Assembly: GCA_016432405.1 (NCBI GenBank)
Contig: CP066687.1
Coordinates: 347,040-411,039, forward strand
DNA: 64,000 bases
Origin: Candidatus Giovannonibacteria bacterium
Lineage (GTDB): Bacteria > Patescibacteriota > Minisyncoccia > UBA11713 > 2-01-FULL-45-33
Direction: 5' to 3'
The position numbers and the translations under genes were made by a program. Below are positions 39,214 through 48,921 of the stretch, piece by piece. Under the pieces are notes generated by a model that was given only the letters and a program-made list of their open reading frames with translations, ran no database searches and was not told the origin of the DNA. Numbering within the stretch: the first letter of the stretch is position 1; each line of letters begins with the position of its first letter.

Positions 39214-39796
39214 TTATCTAGCCCAGCTTAGAAAATTATTTGAAAAGCTTCCTGGAATAGGTCCCCGGCAGGCCTCGCGTTTCATCTGGGCGCTTTTGGA
39301 TTTCGCGCCGGAAGAGAGAAAAAATTTGTCGGAACTCATCGGCGCTTTGGATAAAAATCTGGCCAGGTGCGCCGAATGTTTCAGGGCCGGCAAAACCAGC
39401 TTCTGCTCTTTTTGCGCGAAAGGCGGAAGCCGTGACCGCTCTAAAATCATGGTTGTGGAAAAAGACAGCGATTTGGTAAATATTGAAAAATCAAAAATTT
39501 ACGGCGGACTTTACCACGTTTTGGGGGGCGCGCTTGACCCGCTGGAGGATTCGGCGAGCGCGGCGCGCGAGCGCGTAAAAGCGCTCTACAAGCGCGCAGA
39601 GAGCGCGAAACCAAAAGAAATCATACTTGCGCTCTCTCCTACCAAGCTGGGCGAATTTACGGCAAGTTATATAACAAAAATTTTGGAGCCCTTGAAGATA
39701 AAAACCACCCGCCTTGCCCGCGGCCTCGCCACCGGAACTGACTTGGAATACGCCGACGAAGCGACTTTACGTCAGGCTCTTGACAACCGCAAGTAG
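39203..39796 (+). CDS. recR: Recombination protein RecR
   Basis: LPGIGPRQA, C4 finger, YHVLGG, LEYAD. Confidence 0.95.
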   Translation: MNSDYLAQLRKLFEKLPGIGPRQASRFIWALLDFAPEERKNLSELIGALDKNLARCAECFRAGKTSFCSFCAKGGSRDRSKIMVVEKDSDLVNIEKSKIYGGLYHVLGGALDPLEDSASAARERVKALYKRAESAKPKEIILALSPTKLGEFTASYITKILEPLKIKTTRLARGLATGTDLEYADEATLRQALDNRK

Positions 39797-40057
39797 CATC
39801 TCTTGGCGATGCCCTTTCTTTTTGCGGTATCTGGTTTTTGAGTGATATTTGAAAATAGTGACTTTGGGCAGCCGTTTTTCGCCGATGATTTCCGCCGTTA
39901 CTTTTTTGCCTGCGAGATAGGGTTTGCCAATTTCAATTTTATCGCCGTCCGCCAGAAGCAAGACCTTGTCAAAAACAGGATTTTTCTCTACTTGTATTTT
40001 TTGTCCTTCGAAAACAAGATATTGTTTGCCCCCGGTTTCTATTACCGCGATTTTCAT
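39767..40057 (-). CDS. rplU: 50S ribosomal protein L21
   Basis: AVIETGGKQY, KKGHRQ. Confidence 0.95.
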   Translation of the reverse strand: MKIAVIETGGKQYLVFEGQKIQVEKNPVFDKVLLLADGDKIEIGKPYLAGKKVTAEIIGEKRLPKVTIFKYHSKTRYRKKKGHRQEMLLAVVKSLT

Positions 40058-40068
40058 ATTAATAAAGC

Positions 40069-41112
40069 TTACTCCAACTCTTCTGGCTTGTCCAGCAGCG
40101 CCGGCTCGTATTCGCCGCCACGGCCTGCTATCCGTAAAACGTCTTTGTCTATCTTTTTGAATTCTTTTGAGGCGCTGTTGTATGCACTTACCGTAAGTCC
40201 CAGATTTTTGCCGATTTTATTCATAAAGTCCTCGTAGCTTATGAGATGCTTCCCGAGTTCTTCCACCCGTTTTTTTATCTCTTTTGCCGATTCTTCAATT
40301 TGAAGTGCTTTAAGCCCCTGAAGCACGGTCTGCAGATACGCCAAAAACGAAGTCGGTGAGACGATAATCACTTTTTTTTCTTTGAAAGCGTATTCAATAA
40401 GGTCCCTGGTATTCACCTTAACTGCCCCCACCTGCGCTACCAGGAGGTCATAATAAATCGCCTCGTGAGGTATGAACATAAACGCGAATTCCATTGTCCC
40501 CTCCTCCGGCTTTACGTATTTTGAGGTTTCGTCAATCCGCATCTTAAGGTCGTTCCGGAACGCGCGCTCCAGCCGCTCTTTTTCCGCCGGGTCGCGCTCT
40601 TCGGCAAGCCGGTTATAATTTTCCAGCGAAAATTTTGAGTCAATGGGGATAATTTTGTTTTTGACAAAAACAACCGCGTCCACGATTGTCCCGTCGGGGA
40701 AGGGATACTGCATCTGGTAGCTTCCCGGAGGCAGGACGTTTTTAAGCAGAGTTTCAAGATAATATTCCCCCAGGACGCCGCGCTGTTTGGGGTTTTTTAA
40801 GATGTCCTGCAGGTTCTGGAGCTGGTCGGCGAAATTGACCACCTGCCGGTTTGTTTCGTCCAGCTTGGTGAGCCGCTCGGTGACATCGCGGATGATTTTT
40901 GCCGATTCGCCGAACTGGCTCTGGAGTATTTTGGTGGACTCTCCCATTTTCTGGTCCACTGCCCGCGCAAGCTCGTTTATCTGGTTCTGGAGCATCAGCA
41001 TCGCCTGCCCACCATCGCCTTCGCCGCTCCGTTTTTTCGCGAAAAAATAAAAAATAACCGCCCCTATGGCAATCCCCGCCAAAACCGCGGCCAATAAAAC
41101 AATCTCATTCAT
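40069..41112 (-). CDS. rmuC: DNA recombination protein RmuC
   Basis: KQRGVLGE, PIDSKF, FAFMFIP, VSPT. Confidence 0.9.
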   Translation of the reverse strand: MNEIVLLAAVLAGIAIGAVIFYFFAKKRSGEGDGGQAMLMLQNQINELARAVDQKMGESTKILQSQFGESAKIIRDVTERLTKLDETNRQVVNFADQLQNLQDILKNPKQRGVLGEYYLETLLKNVLPPGSYQMQYPFPDGTIVDAVVFVKNKIIPIDSKFSLENYNRLAEERDPAEKERLERAFRNDLKMRIDETSKYVKPEEGTMEFAFMFIPHEAIYYDLLVAQVGAVKVNTRDLIEYAFKEKKVIIVSPTSFLAYLQTVLQGLKALQIEESAKEIKKRVEELGKHLISYEDFMNKIGKNLGLTVSAYNSASKEFKKIDKDVLRIAGRGGEYEPALLDKPEELE

Positions 41113-41142
41113 AAAACCAGTTTAGCATAATACATTTATTTT

Positions 41143-41213
41143 TGGACCCGGGGAGAATCGAACTCCCGTCTGCCGCGTGCAAAGCGGCCGTTCTGCCATT
41201 GGACTACGGGCCC
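41143..41213 (-). tRNA. tRNA-Ala(UGC)
   Basis: G3:U70 pair, anticodon arm GCCGC-TT-TGC-AC-GCGGC. Confidence 0.93.
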
Positions 41214-41247
41214 TCGGCATAAAGAATACATTATTTATCGGGAAAAA

Positions 41248-41961
41248 TCAAAGCCGGAGGAGCGCTGCGGCGAAATTTCCGGCCAAGAGGCCGAAAATAA
41301 GCGGGTCCAAAGAAGTGAAATAACTTAAAAGCACGGCGAAGGCGCCGACAAGCACTCCGTAGGCGGCGGCGCTTTTTCGGGACGAAAAAGCGGAGGTAAC
41401 CGGTTCAATGAGCATTACTGCCATAAAAAAAATCAATGTCCCGTCAAAAAGCTGTGTGGAAAAGAGCCCCAAAGCATAAACCGCCAAAAACGGCAAAACA
41501 ATGCGCCATTTGTTTATTTTCCATACAATGAATACCCCGACCAGAAGCAGGGTGATTAAACTCAATGTGTTTGTGCCTGCCAAAGACGGCGCCCACCATG
41601 AAATTGACGGTGTAAAAAAATAAAGAATCCCCAGTGAAAACGCGGCTGGGTTGAAAATATGCCGTCCCTTATTCCAGTGGAGCGCCTGCTTGCCAAAAAC
41701 CGCCAAAAACGCCAATGCGGCCGCATAAGCGGCGTTTGCCGCCGGAGCGGCGATTAATCCTAAGATAAGGCCCGAAATCAGAGATGAGGTCGGGAAATAC
41801 CAAATTTTACGCTTTAAAAAAGTCCAGAGAAGGTCAAAAGCCGCGTAAAACGCAACGATTAAAAACCCCCACAAAATGCGTTCAGGTTCGCCCAAAGCGA
41901 AAGCGGCGAGGACCAGCATCAGCGCCAAACAGCCGACCATAAAGGGTTTGATCGGCGGCAT
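41248..41961 (-). CDS. RnfD/NqrB-like membrane protein (stand-alone)
   Basis: RHIFNPAAF, MLIEPVTS motifs; many TMs. Confidence 0.65.
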   Translation of the reverse strand: MPPIKPFMVGCLALMLVLAAFALGEPERILWGFLIVAFYAAFDLLWTFLKRKIWYFPTSSLISGLILGLIAAPAANAAYAAALAFLAVFGKQALHWNKGRHIFNPAAFSLGILYFFTPSISWWAPSLAGTNTLSLITLLLVGVFIVWKINKWRIVLPFLAVYALGLFSTQLFDGTLIFFMAVMLIEPVTSAFSSRKSAAAYGVLVGAFAVLLSYFTSLDPLIFGLLAGNFAAALLRL

Positions 41962-41964
41962 GGA

Positions 41965-42147
41965 TTATTTTTTGCCTAAAATTCTGAACATTTTGGTGCC
42001 GCATTTCCCGCAAGTTCCTGTCATTGCCCGGCGCTGCACTCCTCCTTTTCCTTTCATCGCCACCTCTCTGGGGTTTGTCATATTGCGTTTGTCGCGGCAT
42101 TTTACGCAATATGCCTGAACCGGTTCGTTTTGCTGGTTTCCAGCCAT
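41965..42147 (-). CDS. DUF5679-like Zn-ribbon protein
   Basis: AYCVKC...GTCGKCGTKMFRI. Confidence 0.8.
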   Translation of the reverse strand: MAGNQQNEPVQAYCVKCRDKRNMTNPREVAMKGKGGVQRRAMTGTCGKCGTKMFRILGKK

Positions 42148-42295
42148 AGTATTAAAAAACTGTTATAAATAAGGGTTTTTGGACCTTTACCGCCTTTGGC
42201 GCGGCTTTAAGCCATCTTAGCACAATTTACGAATAAATAAGCGTGAGTTATTCACAAGCGGCTTCAAAATTGCTAGGATTGAAATTAACAAATTT

Positions 42296-42501
42296 GGGTG
42301 TGTAGTTCAGTGGTAGAACGCTGTCCTGACCTGCCCGCCGAACAAACCAAAATTTTGGATGCGTAGTTCAGTGGTAGAACGCTGTCCTGATAAGACAGAG
42401 GTCGGAGGTTCGATCCCTCCCGCATCCATAATCCAAAATTTTGGGTCGGCTTTGGCAGGCGGGTAAGACAGAGGTCCCAGGTTCGATCCCTGGCACACCC
42501 A
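42296..42501 (+). tRNA. Outer tRNA-Ile(GAU) split in the anticodon by a 134-nt insert (42330-42463)
   Basis: 5' half GGGTGTG...CTGTCCTGA, 3' half TAAGACAG...CACACCCA; all stems pair. Confidence 0.85.
42357..42428 (+). tRNA. Inner intact tRNA-Ile(GAU)
   Basis: GGATGCG/CGCATCC acceptor, CTGTC-CT-GAT-AA-GACAG. Confidence 0.93.
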
Positions 42502-43399
42502 TAAAATAAAAGCACTTTTTCTTTTGTCCCGGGTCTCGAATTGAAGCTTCCGAGACCAACGCTTCACGTCAAAAATGACGCGATCGACACTTTAATTGTT
42601 GGACGCTCCGACGAAAAGTCGGAGTTGAGTACAAAAATTAAAATTGAAACTCCACGACCAGCTTCCGCTAGCCGTGCCTTGTTACGACTTACTCCCTGTC
42701 ATCCCGCCATCCTTATTCCCCGCTAAGCGGGACTTTTGGGTCGGCGGGACTTCCTTGAGTTGACGGGCGGTGAGTACAAGACTCGAGAACGTATTCACCG
42801 CAGTATAGCTGACCTGCGATTACTAGCGATTCCGTCTTCATGCGCTCGAGTTGCAGAGCGCAATCCGAACTGGGCCGGCCTTTGGTGAGATTAGCTCCGC
42901 CTCGCGGCTTCGCGACTCATTGTGGACGGCATTGTAGCACGTGTGTAGCCCAGGGCATCAAAGGGCCATGCTGACTTGGCGTCATCCCCGCCTTCCTCCC
43001 CGCGGTGCGGGGCAGTCTCTTGTGACACTTGTAACACAAAATAGGGGTTGCGTTCGTTGCCCCACTTAAGGGAACAGCTCAAGCCACGAACTGACGACAG
43101 CCATGCAGCACCTGTCCCGACGTCCTTGTGAGACGCACGCCTTTCGGCGGGCTTATCGTCGGGATTTCAAGCCCTGGTGAGGTTTTTCGTTTAACATCGA
43201 ATTGAACCACATGCTCCACCGCTTGTGCGAGTCCCCGTCTATTCCTTTGAGTTTTAAACTTGCGTTCGTACTTCCCAGGCGGATGACTTAACGCGTTAGC
43301 TTCGCCACTCGAAGGGTCGATACTTCCAATGGCTAGTCATCATCGTTTAGGGCGTGGACTACAAGGGTATCTACAAATTTGTTACAACTCAATTTTACT

Positions 43400-43680
43400 A
43401 ATCGGTGCTAATTTTTGGAGTCAAGATTGGTGCTTGACAAATAAATTTTTATATGCTATGCTTGATATGGAGGTGATTTATGCTTGTATGGATTTGTGAG
43501 AAAACCGGGCCGCAAGGTTTAGCCCGACTTGTCTACAAAGAGTTCCTCGCGTGGATGCTCCTTGCGTCTTTGCTTGGTCAGGTTTATCTTTTGCTCCGGT
43601 AGAACCGAGGATCAAGCGATAAGAGGGAATGGAATTAAACGCTATTCCCTCTTTTTTATTTCCAAAAATTAGCACCGATT
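43400..43680 (+). mobile_element. Inverted-repeat-bounded expression cassette (MITE-like) within the intron
   Basis: Perfect 20-bp TIR AATCGGTGCTAATTTTTGGA/TCCAAAAATTAGCACCGATT enclosing promoter, SD, ORF and terminator. Confidence 0.75.
43480..43602 (+). CDS. 40-aa peptide with hydrophobic C-terminal half, antisense to the rRNA
   Basis: MLVWICEKTGPQGLARLVYKEFLAWMLLASLLGQVYLLLR; TTGACA-17-TATGCT, SD GGAGGTGA, terminator 43621-43657. Confidence 0.65.
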   Translation: MLVWICEKTGPQGLARLVYKEFLAWMLLASLLGQVYLLLR

Positions 43681-44715
43681 TTTTCTTGAGTGAGCAGAAT
43701 ATTTCTATCTGCTTCTGCATATCGCTATGCAGTTCGGACTATATCATGTCGCCTTTTCGGCGACCTCGGCGTATAGTCTCTACGGGGTCATGTCCGAAAC
43801 TAAGTGTCGGACAGCGGACTTCCCTCGGGATTGTCCTCCGACGCTTCGGCCGGAGGGGTTTCCCCGATATAGCTCCGACGAAAACCTCTCGGTTTTGTCG
43901 GAGTCCGACTTCACTATTAAAATAAATAGTGCGTCGGACCAAGTTTTTTATCCTCGGAATTTATTCCGAGGGGACTAAGCTGCCTTGTAAACAGCATTTG
44001 TTAATCCTTTTTGATCCCCACGCTTTCGTGTTTCAGGGTCAGGAATGCCCCAGCAAGCTGCCTTCGCCTTTGGTGTTCCCCACGATATCAACGGATTTCA
44101 CCCCTACACCGTGAGTTCCGCTTGCCTCTGGCATCCTCCTAGTTTTGCCGTTTCCCGCCCATCTCTCCGGTTAAGCCGGAGTTTTTAAAACGGGACTAAC
44201 AAAACCCCCTACACACCCTTTACGCCCAGTAAATCCGGATAACGCTCGGGCTCCTCGTATTACCGCGGCTGCTGGCACGAGGTTAGCAAGCCCTTATTCT
44301 TAGGGTACAGTCATTTTTTTCCTCCCTTAAAAAAGCAGTTTACGCCCCGAAGGGCTTCCTCCTGCACGCGGCGTCGCTCGATCAGGCTTTCGCCCATTGT
44401 CGAATATTCTCGGCTGCTGCCACCCGTAGGTGTATGGACCGTTCTCAGTTCCATTGGTGGGGGCCAAGCTCTCACTCCCCCTAGCCGTCGTCGCCTTGGT
44501 GGGCCATTACCCCGCCAACAAGCTGATAGCCCGCAGGCCTCTCCCAGAGCCAATCTAAGTGTTTTAATCTCACGATACTATCGGGAATTAGCTCCGCTTT
44601 CGCGGAGTTATGCCCGTCTCTGGGGTGAGTTCCTACGTGTTACTACCCCGTCTGCCACTATCCCGCACCTTTTATTGCTAAAGGGTGCGGGACCGTATGA
44701 CTTGCATGCCTTATC

Positions 44716-44755
<40 letters not shown>

Positions 44756-45058
44756 AATAAGAAAAATTTCTTGCGAAATTTTTCTACTACGGGACAAAAG
44801 AAAAAATGCTCAAAATTTAACTGACTTAATTTTTTGGTGCAATTTTCTAAATTTTCAAGGTTCTCTTTTTGGGTCAAAACTCCTCAACAGGGCTCGGAGT
44901 AAATAAACCCGCGATAAGACCCCAAAGATCCTATCGCGGATTTACTATGCTAATTTTTCAAAATAGATTCAAAATAGATTAAAAGGTATCTGTGCCTCCG
45001 GCCATCTCAATATAAGTTAACCTATAATAATTCCATTATACTCGCCTAAAAAACGCCG

Positions 45059-46291
45059 TCAAGGGTCTGTTTCCACAGCGTTTTCCTTGGCTATTTTGGC
45101 GTATTCCAGAGCGCTTTTCCTGATTTTTCGTTCCATTGTCTTGTAATTTATCTCAACCAGCCCAAACCGCTGCGTAAAACCGCTATCCCATTCAAAATTA
45201 TCCAAAAGCGACCAATAAAAATAACCCCTTACATCTACGCCCTCGGAAGTGGCTTGATAAATCCAGCGCAGCATTTCTTTAATAAACCTTTCTCTATAGA
45301 TATCTCCTGCGTCAGCTACGCCATTCTCGGTAATAAATATCGGTTTTCCATAACGCGCCGCGCGTTTCAAAAGATGATAAATTCCTTCCGGGTAAATCCA
45401 CCACCCAATATCGCTTACCCAATCATTAGGATTTTTTAATTCAATTGGCCCCCAACGGCCTTTGCCTAATTTCAAATTAATAACATCGGTATGGTAGTAC
45501 TGGATGCCAATAAAATCAAATTTATTGTTTAACGTGGCGAAAAATCTCCAATTTCTGACATAATCTAAAATTTTTATCAGTAACCAATTCCACGGCAAAT
45601 TTTTATATGGAGTCATGTGTACAGCGTAATTAGCCGTCCCAACTAATGCTCCGTCGTTAACTTTATGAATAATATCATAAGCTTGACGATGTGCCGCCAT
45701 TAAATTTTTAAATGCGCGATTAGCGCGGGTTAGGTTTTTTACTTGCGGCGGTCTGGAGCCCTGTATATACCCCAACCCCACAAAAGTCCCGGGCTCATTA
45801 AGAGGCATCCAATATGTGACACTTTTTAACGATCGTACGATTTTGTCGACATAGCGAGTGAAATCATCTATTGTTTTTTTGTTTTCCCAGCCGCCTTGTT
45901 TGGCAACCCAAACCGGCAAAGTCCAGTGCCAAAGCGTCACAAACGGCTCAATCCCCCGCTCGCGCAAAGCGTCAATCACTTCCTGATAATGCGCGATTTC
46001 TTTTTCATTAAATTTTCCTTCCTCCGGCTCAATCCGCGACCACTCTATTGAAAAGCGATGCGCGTTGTGGCCGAGCGATTTTGCAATATCAAAATCTTCG
46101 CGGAAACGGTTGTAATGGTCGCAGGCGCGACCGGATTCTTCGTGTCTAGTAACTTTCTCCCACTCCGACCAATCATTATGATTTCCTCCCTCAACTTGAT
46201 GCGCGGAGGTCGCCGCCCCCCAGAAAAACCCCGCAGGAAAAGTCAAACGACTTTCCAACGGGGCAAGATTTTTTGGAGATTGAAGTTTCAT
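45059..46291 (-). CDS. Glycoside hydrolase family 1
   Basis: FFWGAATSAHQVEG, LNEP, ITENG, WSLLDNFEW. Confidence 0.95.
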   Translation of the reverse strand: MKLQSPKNLAPLESRLTFPAGFFWGAATSAHQVEGGNHNDWSEWEKVTRHEESGRACDHYNRFREDFDIAKSLGHNAHRFSIEWSRIEPEEGKFNEKEIAHYQEVIDALRERGIEPFVTLWHWTLPVWVAKQGGWENKKTIDDFTRYVDKIVRSLKSVTYWMPLNEPGTFVGLGYIQGSRPPQVKNLTRANRAFKNLMAAHRQAYDIIHKVNDGALVGTANYAVHMTPYKNLPWNWLLIKILDYVRNWRFFATLNNKFDFIGIQYYHTDVINLKLGKGRWGPIELKNPNDWVSDIGWWIYPEGIYHLLKRAARYGKPIFITENGVADAGDIYRERFIKEMLRWIYQATSEGVDVRGYFYWSLLDNFEWDSGFTQRFGLVEINYKTMERKIRKSALEYAKIAKENAVETDP

Positions 46292-47274
46292 TGCTTATTT
46301 ATTAAATCTTTTACGGTATTCCACATCTCCGGTTTCCCCTGTTTCTCTTTCATAAAATACCACCATTCCGCGCCCCAAAGATATGCTTTCGGGAAACCGG
46401 AGCGTTCGGCATAATCAATTATTTCATTAAAAATTTCCGGATTCATCACCCCATTATTCCACGGTTCGGCTTGGAGTTCTGAAATTAAAATCTGTTTCCC
46501 CAAAACACGCTCCGCCCACCATGCTTTAATTCTAAAATAATATGCCGGAACCAGCGAGTATTTTATTTCGCCGAACCATTTGTGGGTTACGTATCTATAG
46601 AGAGTTGTCCCAAAAATATCTGACTTCGCCGCAAGGTATGGCCAGGCGAATCCCAGCTCGCCGGAGTCGGTTAGAATAATTGAACGAGTATCAAGCGATT
46701 TAACTAATTTAATTTCTTGATTTAATAAAGAAATCGGAGTCATGCCGCACTCGCCAAACGGAAACAATGGTTCATTTTCAACCTGCCAAGCAATTATGGC
46801 AGAGCTCTTTTTATAATGTTCAACGGCGGTTTTTAAATAAGTTAAAAGACTTTCTTGATATCTTAGACGTCCGACGTCGATAATTAGACTATCGACGTCG
46901 GACGTCCATAGTTTCTGCGCCCACACGGGAATATGGCACTCCGGCCACCTTGGCGCTTTCCGCCCTACAACTAAAATAACCTTTGCGCCGCGCTTCTCTG
47001 CCTCCGTAATCTGCCAATCCAAATCATTAAAATCAAATTTGCCTTCTTCGGGCTCTGTCAAATCCCAATAAGCCACCAGCCGCAAATCTTTTACTTTCAA
47101 ATCATCTAAAATCGCCGAATAATTTTCGCGCCAATTTAACCCCAGTTCTTCCGAAAACTTTTGCGAGAAAGTAACGCCGTAGCTCAAATTTTGTTTTCTG
47201 GGCACGGAATAATTTACAAGCAAATATAAAATTATCAAAATGCCAACTAGCCAAAATAACGTTTTTATGGGCAT
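46288..47274 (-). CDS. Membrane-anchored clan-A glycoside hydrolase
   Basis: WQVENEP, ISELQAEPW, YLWGAEWW. Confidence 0.75.
   Translation of the reverse strand: MPIKTLFWLVGILIILYLLVNYSVPRKQNLSYGVTFSQKFSEELGLNWRENYSAILDDLKVKDLRLVAYWDLTEPEEGKFDFNDLDWQITEAEKRGAKVILVVGRKAPRWPECHIPVWAQKLWTSDVDSLIIDVGRLRYQESLLTYLKTAVEHYKKSSAIIAWQVENEPLFPFGECGMTPISLLNQEIKLVKSLDTRSIILTDSGELGFAWPYLAAKSDIFGTTLYRYVTHKWFGEIKYSLVPAYYFRIKAWWAERVLGKQILISELQAEPWNNGVMNPEIFNEIIDYAERSGFPKAYLWGAEWWYFMKEKQGKPEMWNTVKDLINKQ
46866..46906. repeat. GACGTC-family palindrome in frame in the GH gene
   Basis: GACGTCCGACGTCGATA-N7-TATCGACGTCGGACGTC. Confidence 0.88.
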
Positions 47275-47298
47275 GATATAATTAAATTGTAGTAAATT

Positions 47299-47619
47299 AT
47301 GCCAAAGCCGGCAAAAAATGAAATAAAGGCGTTTATTGATTTTTTCTACGACGCCTGCCAAAAAATCCGCAAGGAAAAGGCGGTTTTTGAGCGCGGGAAG
47401 GACGGCAAACTGGTAAAGCTGGCGCTTAAAAAATTTTCCAGCGTCCAGCTTGAGATGCTGGCGGTTTGGTTTTTGGCCAAAAAGCCCAAGCTTCAGCCCA
47501 AAATAGGCGCTATGCTTTCCAAAAATATGCTGGAGGAGCTTGAGAGAAAGATTAGGCAGGCCATTTTTTGGAAAGACCTGGACATGATTTTTGAAAAATA
47601 TTACCCTAGGCAGACATGA
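47299..47619 (+). CDS. Hypothetical protein
   Basis: ORF overlapping the def start. Confidence 0.65.
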   Translation: MPKPAKNEIKAFIDFFYDACQKIRKEKAVFERGKDGKLVKLALKKFSSVQLEMLAVWFLAKKPKLQPKIGAMLSKNMLEELERKIRQAIFWKDLDMIFEKYYPRQT

Positions 47620-48182
47620 TTTTACAGACCCGCCTGCCGGACGGGCAGGAAGAAAACAAAATATTGCGCAAAAGCGCCGATTCTGTCCAAAGCCAAAACC
47701 TGCCGGAAATTAAGGCGCTCATCAAAAAAATGGCCGCAGCGATGTTCGCGGAGCCCGATGGCATCGGCATTGCCGCTCCGCAAATCGGGGTTTCTCTCCG
47801 GATTTTTTTGGTTGCCAAGGAAGCGGCCGTAAAAAATGCCGAGGAATTGCATGAAAGAATCGGAGATAAAAACAAAAAGAGAAATACAGAGCATTTAGTT
47901 TTCATAAACCCCGTACTCAAAAAATTCTCATCTAAAAAAATAAGGGACGTTGAAGGATGCCTTTCTGTGCGCGGGGTTTACGGCGAGGTGCCGAGGGCGG
48001 AACAAATTACAATTGAGTATTGTGACGAATTCGGGAAAAAGCGTCAGCGCGGCGCCTCGGGGCTTTTTGCGCGGGTCTTACAGCACGAGCTGGATCATCT
48101 GGACGGCATTTTATTTATTGATAAAGCAAAGAACTTGAAACGAATTTCCAATTCTCAATTTCCAATTTCCAATGAAAATTGA
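47616..48182 (+). CDS. def: Peptide deformylase
   Basis: GIGIAAPQIG, EGCLS, QHELDHL. Confidence 0.97.
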   Translation: MILQTRLPDGQEENKILRKSADSVQSQNLPEIKALIKKMAAAMFAEPDGIGIAAPQIGVSLRIFLVAKEAAVKNAEELHERIGDKNKKRNTEHLVFINPVLKKFSSKKIRDVEGCLSVRGVYGEVPRAEQITIEYCDEFGKKRQRGASGLFARVLQHELDHLDGILFIDKAKNLKRISNSQFPISNEN

Positions 48183-48921
48183 AAATCTAAAATTAAAAAT
48201 TGTTTTTTTCGGCGCTTCGCCGTTTTCATACGTCTATCTTGACGCTCTTAAAAATTCCGGTTTTGAGATTGTCCCGCAAGCCGAGGATGCGGACCTCGGC
48301 GTTATTGCCTACTACGGCAAAATTATACCGAAAGCGGTTTTGGAGCTCCCTAAGTACGGGTTTTTAAATGCCCACCCCTCGCTCCTCCCGCGATGGCGGG
48401 GGGCGTCTCCCGTGCAATCCGCTATTCTGGCCGGGGATAAAATTACGGGTGTAACTATACACATAGCGACGGAGAAGCCGGATGCCGGGCCGATTTTAGC
48501 CCAGAAAAAAATACCAATAGAGCCAAAGGATACTTGTTTAAATTTAACAGGGAAACTCGCCCGGGAAGGCGCCGCGCTTTTAATTCCAACCATTGAAAAA
48601 CAGCTTGCCGGCGAAATCGCGCCAAAAAAACAGGACGATTCCAAAGCGACTTACACCAAGTTGCTTAAGAAAAAAGACGGGGAAATTGACTGGTCAAAGC
48701 CGGCCGACTATATAGAAAAAATGGTACGGGCTTACAGCCCATGGCCGGGGGCGTATACCAGAATGAAGAACGGCAGAATTTTAAAAATAAAAAAGGCAGA
48801 GGTTGTAAATGGAGTTTTAAAGCCCCTCATCGTTCAGCCGGAAGGCAAAAAAGAAATGCCCTGGGAGGCGTTTTTGCGCGGGCACAAAGACGCTATCGAA
48901 ATAACATCGCGGCCCCAATAG
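48172..48921 (+). CDS. fmt: Methionyl-tRNA formyltransferase
   Basis: NAHPSLLPRWRGASP, follows def. Confidence 0.95.
   Translation: MKIENLKLKIVFFGASPFSYVYLDALKNSGFEIVPQAEDADLGVIAYYGKIIPKAVLELPKYGFLNAHPSLLPRWRGASPVQSAILAGDKITGVTIHIATEKPDAGPILAQKKIPIEPKDTCLNLTGKLAREGAALLIPTIEKQLAGEIAPKKQDDSKATYTKLLKKKDGEIDWSKPADYIEKMVRAYSPWPGAYTRMKNGRILKIKKAEVVNGVLKPLIVQPEGKKEMPWEAFLRGHKDAIEITSRPQ

Larger units (their letters stand above)
43374..44003 (-). ncRNA. Group I intron at 16S position equivalent to E. coli 788 (630 nt)
   Basis: Interrupts GGAU|UAGAUACC; 5' exon ends in U, intron ends in G; P7-type motifs GTAGAGACTA and GATATAGTCC. Confidence 0.88.

Noticed and set aside
42330-42463. The tRNA insert as a group I intron
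   Set aside because: It is 134 nt, mostly occupied by a tRNA, has no P7 core, and the 5' exon ends in A rather than U.
42285-44553. ORFs listed over the tRNA-Ile and 16S region
   Set aside because: Shadow ORFs of structural RNA genes; none shows a LAGLIDADG, GIY-YIG or HNH homing endonuclease motif.
44941-44965. GCTAATTTTT upstream of the 16S as a third cassette end
   Set aside because: Only about 10 bp match, with no partner end or GTCAAG/CTTGAC motif.
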